From positions 40,209,633-40,273,632 of the forward strand of contig NC_068981.1 in the NCBI RefSeq assembly GCF_001194135.2: a DNA stretch of 64,000 bases, read 5' to 3'. Made by a program: the position numbers and the translations under genes. This document shows, piece by piece, positions 1 through 10,785 of the stretch. How positions within the stretch are numbered: position 1 is the first letter of the stretch; every line of letters starts with the position of its first letter. The notes under the pieces are model-generated. The model did not search any database, was not told the DNA's origin, and saw only the letters and a list, made by a program, of their open reading frames with translations. The DNA comes from Octopus bimaculoides. Taxonomy: Eukaryota.

Positions 1-690
1 AGCAAGGAAGAAAGGTGGGAAAGGATTGACTGGAATAGAAGAGAGTGTTCGAAAGGTGAGAAAATCAGCGAATGCCTGTCTTAGACAGAGAGTGCTGAAT
101 GGATGTTGCAGGTTTCACTAAGTGAGAAGGAAATTAGTGAACGTAAAGGAGTACAAAGTAAGGACTTTTGAAGAAAAGATTAACATCTCGAAAAAGAAAG
201 TCACACCCGGAAAGCTTGTCCAACTAATATTAGCTGTAGAAGATGAACGATCGTGAAAATTGTTAAGACATGTTTTTTTTTTTTAATTAGAGACAGATGG
301 CCTGATCCTTGCTACCTAAGTAGAAACTTTGCGAACAAACGCAATCAAGTTCAGCATTGACAAGATAGCAGAAACATTTCTGTGTAGATTGTATGGCAAC
401 TCATTTGAAACAGTTACACATGTAGTTAGTGGATGTCCTAAACTGGGCCAGAAAGTGTACAGAAAACATCAAGATTAAGTTGCACAAAGTGTACACTTGG
501 GGATGTGCAGGAGGTATGAGATAGAGCGTACCAACAATTGGTACGTACACCAGTCCTTGCCAATTGCAGAGTTGACCAAGTGGAATTCAGCTGGTGCATG
601 ACAATCTACACCGATAAACAGCAGGAGTATAATCGATTATATATCACTCTCCTAAATAAAGAGACCAAAGAATGGATCTTCATTGATATA

Positions 691-691
<1 letters not shown>
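1..691 (+). mobile_element. R4/Dong-clade non-LTR retrotransposon fragment (decayed, runs off window start)
   Basis: Translates to ETVTHVVSGCPKLGQKVYRKHQD*VAQSVH (CCHC knuckle region) and NRLYITLLNKETKEWIFIDI (restriction-like endonuclease region). Stops and frameshifts present; ends in (TAT)n. Confidence 0.8.
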
Positions 692-742
<51 letters not shown>

Positions 743-1142
743 ATTTGATAAAAGTAATTATTCTGATTTCTTCTAATTATTTGTTCTTTTCCTTTCGTTT
801 CTTCATCTGATTTTTTTTTCTTTTTTTTTTTTTGTCTTTACCTATCTACATCCTTTACCACACTTTCTCACTGAATGTAATCAATCATAAACAACTGCAT
901 CACAAACACCAACACATTCGAAATTTTCAATGACGACATCAATAACCACACGCTGGCAAGCACTCACACACACACACACGCACACGCACACTCACACACA
1001 CGCACACGCACACGCACACACGCGCGCGCGCACATACACGTAACACACATTTACAACAACTACCGTTAAAACAACATGGAGTGATGAGACATTCTTCAGA
1101 TGTCATCTTGCTAATTAACACTATGTCATTTCCTTCTTTATA

Positions 1143-1146
1143 AGTG

Positions 1147-1178
<32 letters not shown>

Positions 1179-1263
1179 GGTGATAATGATAGTGGGGCGG
1201 GTGGGGTGTTGTTGCTGCTGCTGCTGTTTGTGGTGGTTCCACTAATGCTATTATTGGTGTTAT

Positions 1264-1314
<51 letters not shown>

Positions 1315-1760
1315 CGACGACGACGATGATGTTGAGGAGGAGGAGGAGGAGGAGGAGGTGGAGGAAGTGGAGGAGGAGGAGGTGAAAGTGGAGGAGGAGG
1401 AGGAGGAGGAGGAGGAGGAGGAAGTGGAGGAGGAAGTGGAGGAGGAAGTGTATATATATATATACACACATGTATTTATACATACATACATATGTATGTA
1501 TGTACGTATGTATGTATGTATGTATGTATGTATGTATGTATGAATGTAGGTATATCTGCATATATGTACGTATGTATATATACATGTATGTATGTGTGTA
1601 TGTACGTATGCATGTATGTATATATGTATATGCCATATATATGTATGAATATGGCATATACATATATGCATACATGCATACATACATACCTGCATACATA
1701 CCTGCATACATACATACATACATACATACATACATACATACATACGTACATACATACATA
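1143..1760. repeat. Compound microsatellite block (TAT, GAT, GAG, ATGT/ATAC)
   Basis: Direct reading; explains the many low-complexity ORFs here. Confidence 0.95.
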
Positions 1761-1761
1761 T

Positions 1762-1985
1762 GGAGGAGCTGGTAGAATCATTATCACAAAGACAGACAAA
1801 ATGCTTAGCGGCATTTCGTTAGTCTTTACGTCCTGAGTTCAAATTCCGCCGAGTTCGACTTTGTCGTTCATTCTTTCCGGGTCGACAAAATAAGTCACAT
1901 TTATTTACTGGGTTCGATGTAATCTACTAGTCCCTTCTTCCCAAATTTCGGCCCCTGGGTCTATAGTAGAAAGGATTAACATTAT
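1762..1985 (+). mobile_element. tRNA-derived SINE (family A)
   Basis: AGCTGGTAGAATC head, GAGTTCAAATTCC B box and GACTTTG..CATTCTTTCCGGGTCGA body, shared with many copies in the window. Confidence 0.85.
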
Positions 1986-2068
1986 TGTTGTTTTTGCTGT
2001 TATGTCACATATTATACCCTCTTTTTTTAATATACTTGCTTTTTCGGTTTATTATTATCCATATCCAC

Positions 2069-2290
2069 GGCGGTGAGGTGGCAGAATCGTTAGCGTAGCG
2101 GGCGAAATGCTTAGCGGTATTTCACCCTTTCGCTACACTCTGAGTTCAAATTCCACCGAGGTTAACTTTGTCTTTCCTTCTTTCGGGGTCGATAAATTAT
2201 GTACCAGTTAAGTACTGCGTTAGCTGTAATCGACTATCCCCGCCGCCACAAATGTTAGAACTTGTGCCTATAGTAGAAAGCCTTATTCTT
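2069..2290 (+). mobile_element. tRNA-derived SINE (family A)
   Basis: GGCAGAATCGTTAGC head, GAGTTCAAATTCC B box, CTTTCGGGGTCGATAAA body. Confidence 0.85.
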
Positions 2291-2455
2291 ATTCTTATCA
2301 ATTCTACTTTCTTTGTGAGTACAGCTGTTGTTGTTTTGGTTTACCTATTGTTTTGNNNNNNNNNNNNNNNNNNNNNNNNNNNNNNNNNNNNNNNNNNNNN
2401 NNNNNNNNNNNNNNNNNNNNNNNNNNNNNNNNNNNNNNNNNNNNNNNNNNNNNNN

Positions 2456-2498
<43 letters not shown>

Positions 2499-3599
2499 TG
2501 TACAAATACGCATATATTTATCATTATTTTATTTATTTTATTCAATTTTAGAAAAATTGAAGCATGACTTTGACAATTCAGGAATGTATTGAAATTATTT
2601 TGTGCCTGACTTTTGACCTGTTCTGTGTATATTTATTTCTTTTACTTAATTGCGGAGAGAAAGAAGTTAATTTTGGTTGAACTTCGGAAATAGAGATGCT
2701 TACAAGGTATCAATCATTGCATGGTTATTAAAGTTTCACAAGGCCTACATCTAACTCCATTTTCTGCAGACAAATACATTCTATGTAGAATGTTACCCTA
2801 TCGCGGGAACTACCTTTAGAAATTTCTGCTAGTTATTTTCCAGATAAGGGATATATATCATGAAATGGGATGTAGAAGAGTTACAAAACGTATTTCATGA
2901 TGTTCGCGAAGAATTATGAGATACATTATAAAATGTAGCTGAAAGAAATATGCTTACTCAAAGTTTTGGTAATAGTACGCTGGCAATAGTAACATGAAAA
3001 CTGAATGCTTATAATACTAAAGTTTTATGATTTTTGCAGAATTGTACAAAATAGCAGTGTGATGAGCAGACTAGCCTTCGGCTTTCAATTCAGAAAATAC
3101 TTAATCATGATCAGCTACTGAATGTCTACAAATCAAAAATAAAATATTCACAATAGGATACTGCAACTACATTTGAAGTAGTGCTTCATCATCCTATGCA
3201 ACAACCAAAAGATTACTATCTGTGTGATTGGCAAGGTACCTCACCAGCATACTGGTACATTTGACTCACAAATGTACCGTCTTCTCACTGCCTATTCTGA
3301 CCATCTGAGCTTAAATTGTAAAGAGATATAACTAAATATAGGATCAAATTATTTTAATTTTGAAGAAACAGTAACATAATCGATCATATATCACTCTCCT
3401 ACGAAAAGGATATAGCCATAACACAGTTTAGTTCCATATCTTACGAATGTAAGTTCAAATCTCGCAAAGATTTATTTCGCCTCGCATTCTTCGTGGCTCG
3501 TTAAAATAAGTCCCGATCGAATACTAGGTTGGTGTAGTTAACTGCAACCCAATGGCCTCGAGGAGTGTGACATTGTTGTTATTATAGTTGTTGCTTTTG

Positions 3600-4440
3600 T
3601 TATTGGAATGGATACGTTAATGGCTATAGTGCACGTTAATTTCTTTGAAACCGAGTATGGTTCCAGAAACTAGGTTTATCTTTTTAACTACACAACATTA
3701 TGGGATTTTCAAGCAAAATCTCCTGGGTTTACTCAAATCAAATAGATCAGGTGCTAGAGCATTACAGACCAGACCTAGTGGTGGACCTAGCTGTGTCGCA
3801 TCTGCAAGAGAGCGGATGAAACCATTGCCCATATCATGAACGAATTCCCTAGACTTGTCCAAAACAACTACAAACTGTGGTGACACGACCAGGTAACGGA
3901 AGTGTTACAGTGGAAATTGTGCGAAAATTAGGGGCTAGAGAGAGGTACGACATGGTATGAGCATAGACTGCAGAGAGTGGCAGAGTCGGAGACTAGCAAA
4001 ATCTTCTGGGATTTACCAATCCAAACAGATCAGGTTCTTGAGCATAACAGACCGAACCCAGTGGTGCACCACATATGCTATATAGTTGATGCTGCATGCC
4101 CCTTTCACCCACGAATAGTTAAGAAGGAAGGCGGAAAGATAGATAGATACAACCCTCTTAAATAGGAAATAGCCCGGCTATGGAAAATGAAAAACGTGAA
4201 GATAATGCCAATTATTGTTGGGTTCTTGGGAACAGTACCAGAAGGCATCAAGAGGAATATAAAGGAAATTGGAATAGAGTGCTCAGTAGAACTGTTACAA
4301 ACGTGTTGCCTCCTTGGCATGGCCAGGATAATCAAGCAAGTATTAGATAGCTGAAAAGAACGACTACCATGGTACCGTAGGCAGCAGGTAGTAAGCCCGC
4401 TACGCATCCAAGACTCCAGGAGTTCCAACAAAACCTGTGA
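3600..4440 (+). mobile_element. R4/Dong-clade LINE 3' fragment with RLE domain
   Basis: HDQVTEVLQWKLC, KIFWDLPIQTD..RPN, IVDAACPF, KIDRYNPLK and LLGMARIIKQVLDS* motifs, followed by a 3' UTR. Confidence 0.85.
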
Positions 4441-4451
4441 TTAAGAGATAC

Positions 4452-4933
4452 TGTGGCAGTACCAGGCAGTGGCTCTCGTGGCTTCTGATCTTAATTGATT
4501 GGAAGTGTTATCATGTACATTGTTTTGTCTTGGTATAAAAGATGGGCTACAGCAAATATTCTGCTTAATACCACATATGTGCATCTCTGATCATGAGCAG
4601 AAGTAGTGGGGGAGCATCATAGCCATGTGTTGAGAGGAATTCTTTGGGGTTTGAATAATTCACTTTTGGAAACATGCTCAACATCCTTAAACAACCCTTA
4701 TTCAGGGACCTTTTGAGCGGGATGGGCTACTCGACCTGAAGAAAATTCTAACTGGGCCCCACTTGCAAGGTCATGCGCTGTTTATCTTGATATGAGATCA
4801 CCATGTCACGCACATGTGGTTGTGATGCATGTGCCTGGTGTACCCTTATCAGACGGGTAGTCATGATGTATATAATGGGCTTCGTATATTTTACCTCAGT
4901 GTCAATTTGATGGCATGCACTGCTCTCTTACTC
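4452..4933 (+). mobile_element. Non-coding interspersed repeat ending in (AAT)n, probably a non-autonomous retroelement
   Basis: GC-richer block with no ORF, ending abruptly in an (AAT)n tail. Family identity is inferred. Confidence 0.5.
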
Positions 4934-4982
<49 letters not shown>

Positions 4983-4984
4983 TA

Positions 4985-5056
<72 letters not shown>

Positions 5057-5058
<2 letters not shown>

Positions 5059-6877
5059 TGTTGCAAAGAAAGCAAAGATGGTAAGATACGACCAAAGAAT
5101 GAAGGGTTACCACCAGAATAGGTTATTCAAAGTAGATAAGAAGAGATTCTATAAAAAAAATAAATGGAGAATGTACAGATGAAAAGTTGATACCAGATAA
5201 CATTGAAAGTCAAAGGTTTTGGAGTGACATCTGGAGCAAAGACAAGGATCACAAGAATGATGCTGAATTGTTGCAAGAACTGAAACAAACAGTAGTCTGT
5301 CGAAATCAGGCAGAACTAGTCATTTCAGTTAAGGAAGTGAAGGAAATCAGCAAAGAAATGAGCAACTGGAAGGCCCCGGGACCAGATGGAGTTCAAAGCT
5401 ACTGGATCAAAAGATTTGGTGAATGTCATGCACGAATAGCTGCGCGACTCAACACCTTGTTAAACGCTGACTAAGGAACACCAGAGTGTTTGACATTGGG
5501 TAGGATAGTGCTGTGCCTGAAAAACATCGAAAAAGGCAATACGGTAGACAATTACAGGCCAATATCCTGTTTGCCATTTAAGTGAAAGTTATTGACAGGA
5601 ATACTCGCAGAGTCTATGTACGAACATCAGGAAAAAATGTAATCCTGCCACATGAGCAGAAAGGTTGCAATAGACAAACTAAGCAGCTTAGGCAGAAAGT
5701 CAAGGAATTTGCTAACTAGATATGGTTCACTCCACCCAAAAAGTGACACAGACAGACTGTATGTACCAAGAAAAAGAGGGGAAGAGGACTTATTGGATGC
5801 GAACACAGCATTATAGCAGAAGAAAACAACATAGCACGGTATGTAAAAGATGCCAGAGAACCGCTATTATGAGAAGTAAGAAGGTAAGGCTTGTGTAAGA
5901 TGAAAGATTGTAAAGATAAAGCACTATACAAGAAATTGAAAACGAATGAAACTGAACAATAGGTGGGTAAAGAAAAGAATGCATGATCAATTTCATAGGG
6001 ATGTTGAAGATAAGACAGATAGAGAAAAAAGATGGCTGTGGATGACTAAAAGTGATTTAAAACCGGAAACGGAGGCTCTAATGTGTGCTGCCCAAGAGCA
6101 AGCACTAAGAACAAACTACATAAAATACAGATTAGACAACACAGCAGAAAGTGATAAGTGCAGAATCTGTGAACAAAACGGTGAAACCGTATGGCATATT
6201 AACAGACAATATACGCCACTAGCCCAGATGGAATATAAGAGACGCCACAATATAGCCAGGCTTGTCCATAGGACACTCTGCAACAAGTATAGATTTGACA
6301 GAGCAAAAAATTGGTAAGACCACAAAACTGACGGCTTCGTCGAAAATAGAAATGCAAAAATCCTATGGGATTTTATGATTCAGTGTGTCTATGAGATAGA
6401 GAATAGGAAGCCGTACATAGTCTTAATTGAGAAAGAAAACAAACTATGCTGGATCATAGATATAGCATGCCCAGCTCACAACAAGGTATCCGATAAGGAA
6501 GAAAGAAAAGTCGAGAGATATGACAGGTTAGCTCGGGAAGTTAAGCAGTTTTGGTCGATGAAAAAGGTAGCAGTAGTACGAATAATCGTCGGAGCCCTGG
6601 GAACAGTGAGCAAAAATCTCGAGAAGTACGTGAAACAAGTAGGGGCTGCAANNNNNNNNNNCGTCGGAGCCCTGGGAACAGTGAGCAAAAATCTCGAGAA
6701 GTACGTGAAACAAGTAGGGGCTGCAATAAGGTTGGAGCACTTGCAGAAAACAGCACTGCTTGGAACCGCTCGAATACTCCGGAAGGTGCTCGAAAAATGA
6801 GAGGTGTTACCTTAGTTCACTGGCAGAGGACAGCTAACGCTCTAGTACATCTCCAACGTTAGAAGTTGTGCAAAGGC
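5057..6877 (+). mobile_element. 5'-truncated R4/Dong-clade LINE (partial RT + CCHC + RLE), internally deleted and decayed
   Basis: [63 protein letters not shown] and IIDIACP..LLGTARILRKVLEK*. Flanked on both sides by (AAT)n. Confidence 0.92.
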
Positions 6878-6928
<51 letters not shown>

Positions 6929-7080
6929 TGCACTACAGGGTACTGCACACATTCTACGCAAAACACTTTCAATACAGTAAACATAAGAGCACCACAGCAA
7001 ACCACAGTACATACCCAAGGCGCACAGAGCTGCGCTCGGTAGTGAAGTGAAAGCACGTTATAAAAATAAAACTACTGAAC
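6929..7080 (+). mobile_element. Very short 3' end of another Dong-type LINE
   Basis: ALQGTAHILRKTLSIQ* matches the C-terminus of neighbouring copies; distinct 3' UTR; (AAT)n on both sides. Confidence 0.7.
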
Positions 7081-7151
<71 letters not shown>

Positions 7152-7167
7152 TAATAATAATAATAAT

Positions 7168-8050
7168 GTGAAATACAAAGTGAGTTTGAAATACAAAGAC
7201 AGCATCTGAAATACGAAGAGAGCACGTCAGACAAATCGAAGAGAAAATTCTGCATGTCCAACTTTGGAGAGTCACTGAAGACGTATGTGGAACAAAATCT
7301 TGGCCTTGGTTTTAAAAAAATGGCAATTAAAATAAGAAACAGAGAGCTTAATTGTAGCTGCCTAAGTTCAAGCGATAAAAACAAACAACTTACGAAAAAT
7401 ATATATGGAGAGAATGTGTCAGAAAAATATGGAGCTTGTGGAACTTGGAACGAGACAGTGGCACACATTGTGGGGTAATACCTCAAGTTGGCGCAAGGGG
7501 ACTATAAGAAATGGAGGTACGACACTGGTAACTGTGTTAGAAATGGGGATTTGAAGCTGGAAACACATGATACAATCATCTAGTCGAAAGAGTACTGGAG
7601 TCGGAGAAGTATAATATTTTGTGGGACTTTCCTATTCAAACGGACAAAAAGGTAGAATATAATAGACCAGACATGACAATTATAAATAAGGAAAAGCGAA
7701 TGTACTTACTTATCGACCCATCATGCCTGTTTGATTCCAGGATAGTAAAGATTAACAAAAGAAATACAATCTCTTAAAATTTGAAATACGAAGAATTTGG
7801 AGCATGCTAACAGTAAAGGACGTGCCTATAATAATTGATGCGTTGGGAACTGTAAGCAAAGATATAGACAAATGGCTGAAGGAGATTGGAATAGAATGCC
7901 CAGTAGAACTCCTACAGAAAGTTTGTCTCTTAGCGACAGCAAGGATTATCAGGAAGATTCTAAACACTTGAAAGACTACTGAAAATCAGTGGATAACCCG
8001 CTAACCACATAATTCCTACCAGGAATAAGACTGAGCCAGAGAGAAACCAA
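7168..8050 (+). mobile_element. 5'-truncated R4/Dong-clade LINE
   Basis: CGTWNETVAHIVG, IILWDFPIQTD..EYNRPDMTII, LIDPSC and LLATARIIRKILNT* motifs; (AAT)n on the left and AAT-rich sequence on the right. Confidence 0.85.
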
Positions 8051-8391
8051 AATAATGATAATAGTAATATTAAAGTAACATGCTATCCACATATTTTCTA
8101 CCACGAATAAGACCCAACCTGAGTTAGAACAAAATAATAATAAGAAGAAGAAGAAATTTTGATAGCAATAACAACAGTAGCAACAAAATCAATTCGTCTA
8201 GAATGAAAATAATAGAGGCTATTGCTGCCAGTTTCTAAGAAATGCTTTTACGTCTCAGGATCCATATTATTCAAACATAAAAACTTTGCTCATGAAAATG
8301 AAAAATAAAAATATATTTAATGGATAGGTCTGAAATGATGCCTTAGCACGACAATGCTAGCAATCTTTTTTATTGCAAATTGATATAAACG

Positions 8392-8431
<40 letters not shown>

Positions 8432-10058
8432 TGTATGTGTGTGAGAGAGTGTGTGTGTAAACAAATATGTATCTATGTATATATGTATGTATGCATGTAT
8501 GCATGTATGTATGCATTGCATATATATATATACACACGCAAGCACACACATATATATGCATGTATGAATATGTGTGTATGTCTCGCTGCATCTCTCTCTC
8601 TCTGTGAATGCTTGTACATTCATATACGGGTATACACATATACACATACATTTTATGTCATTGTGTGCGAGAATTGTGTGCGCGTGTCTGTGTTAATGCG
8701 TCTGTGTGTGTGCGTCTGCGAGTGTGTGTGTGAGACGAAAGATAAGTATGGACTGAGTTTTTATGCGTAAGCATGTATGTGTATGGGATATTGATGCACA
8801 TATGTACATATATAAATTGTATGTATGGTTTGTTTAAATATCTATTATCTATCATATATATTAATTCATTAATATCTCACAACTCAATATCTTGTAAATG
8901 TTTGAAGTGTTACATATATATTTAGTAAACATACAATTTATCTTCCTGCGGACAGCAAGAGACATCGATTGTGCGAATTTCTGTTCATTAGAAAAAAGAT
9001 AACTCATCGTCTGTGCACGGAGAGATAAGTAACTTTTATTATTTATTATCTGTAGTGCATACAAACTTAAAACTGAGCTAAACTGATCGCTCTAATTATC
9101 ATAATTTCCATTGTCAGCATACACCGAAAACGTCAATTTTTAACTAATAGTGCGATAATGAACATTTTGATTTGCGATATTTCTTAATGTACAGTATACC
9201 TTCTTAATAAGTATGCAACTTAGTTTCGATGTAAAATAAGCAATTGGAGTGTTTTCAAAACAGGTTTATCTCTCTGTCGACAGAAGTCTGTGTTGTAGCA
9301 ATTTTGTTTAAATTTCTATATTCGTATATACACTGAAATGTTTTATACTCATATATACAATTACAAAGACATATACGCGCGCGCACACACACACACAGAA
9401 AAAGCAGTAAAAAGAAAAGAAAAAAGACTCAATTTCAACGCAAAAAAAACAACCAGGAACAACAAAAAAGTATTTTTTAAAACTTTAGTAACAATCTTTC
9501 ATTCGGGTTCCGAAACCGCAACTCCAAATCACCATACAAACATCAGTTGCCGACGTCACTCACTTCCAGTCAAATGAAATTCTACAAACACCAGTTGCTG
9601 ACGTGACCTAACTCCAGACCAATCAAAACCGAACTTCAGCGAATACAACGAAATGATCCTTTTAGAGAACCAACCAACCGGAACGACTTATGACTGTATC
9701 CACGAGGAAACCAACCAAGCAGAACGACATGCTTGAACATGGACATAAAAAGTCACCAGTATTTTAACGAATCACAAATCAGATTCGCTCGCGGAAAAAA
9801 ATTATAAATTCATTTGATCCTAAAACATACCACAACAAGCGAAAGCGTCTATTAGAAGAGGATCAGAGAAACTGTAAACAAAATTCCCTTTTTGTTTTAC
9901 TATTTTCATTTCACACTTTTTTTTTCAGTATGACTTGTGGACCACCACTAAAATTAATGAACTTTGTACATTCAAACAAATTGATATACAGTTTTAATTT
10001 TATTGACTGCTATGAACATTCAAACTTACACCTTCTGTTTTGAACATGTTAATTTATC

Positions 10059-10146
10059 ACCATTGATACATTTTAATTTGTCAACACTGAAACATTTTAG
10101 TTTGTCAACATTGAAACATTTTAATTTGTCAACATTGAAACTTTTG
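10059..10146. repeat. 24-bp tandem repeat (AACATTGAAACATTTTAATTTGTC), about 3.5 units, next to an assembly gap
   Basis: Direct reading. Confidence 0.85.
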
Positions 10147-10664
10147 AAGACATTTTTCTAATTTTAAACTTTTGNNNNNNNNNNNNNNNNNNNNNNNNNN
10201 NNNNNNNNNNNNNNNNNNNNNNNNNNNNNNNNNNNNNNNNNNNNNNNNNNNNNNNNNNNNNNNNNNNNNNNNNNNNNNNNNNNNNNNNNNNNNNNNNNNN
10301 NNNNNNNNNNNNNNNNNNNNNNNNNNNNNNNNNNNNNNNNNNNNNNNNNNNNNNNNNNNNNNNNNNNNNNNNNNNNNNNNNNNNNNNNNNNNNNNNNNNN
10401 NNNNNNNNNNNNNNNNNNNNNNNNNNNNNNNNNNNNNNNNNNNNNNNNNNNNNNNNNNNNNNNNNNNNNNNNNNNNNNNNNNNNNNNNNNNNNNNNNNNN
10501 NNNNNNNNNNNNNNNNNNNNNNNNNNNNNNNNNNNNNNNNNNNNNNNNNNNNNNNNNNNNNNNNNNNNNNNNNNNNNNNNNNNNNNNNNNNNNNNNNNNN
10601 NNNNNNNNNNNNNNNNNNNNNNNNNNNNNNNNNNNNNNNNNNNNNACATATATATATAAGAAGT

Positions 10665-10785
10665 TTGCTCCTAGGTTCAGTCTCAATGCGTAGAACCTTG
10701 AACAAGTGTCTTTTGCTGTAGCCTCGGGCTAACCAAAGCCATGTGAATACATTTGGTACACGGAAACTAAAAGAAGACCGTCGTG
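10665..10785 (+). mobile_element. SINE fragment (family B)
   Basis: CAAGTGTCTT..GCCTCGGGCTAACCAAAGCC..CGGAAACTAAAAGAAG, shared with 18480-18647 and 19060-19200. Confidence 0.75.

Noticed and set aside
939-1836. Many overlapping ORFs of 60-212 aa
   Set aside because: All are translations of microsatellites.
6587-6726. 65-bp direct duplication inside the LINE
   Set aside because: It sits on both sides of a 10-N gap, so it is an unmerged contig overlap.
10121-10705. Long ORFs here and at 54583-55431 and 40145-40576
   Set aside because: They are made of N runs.
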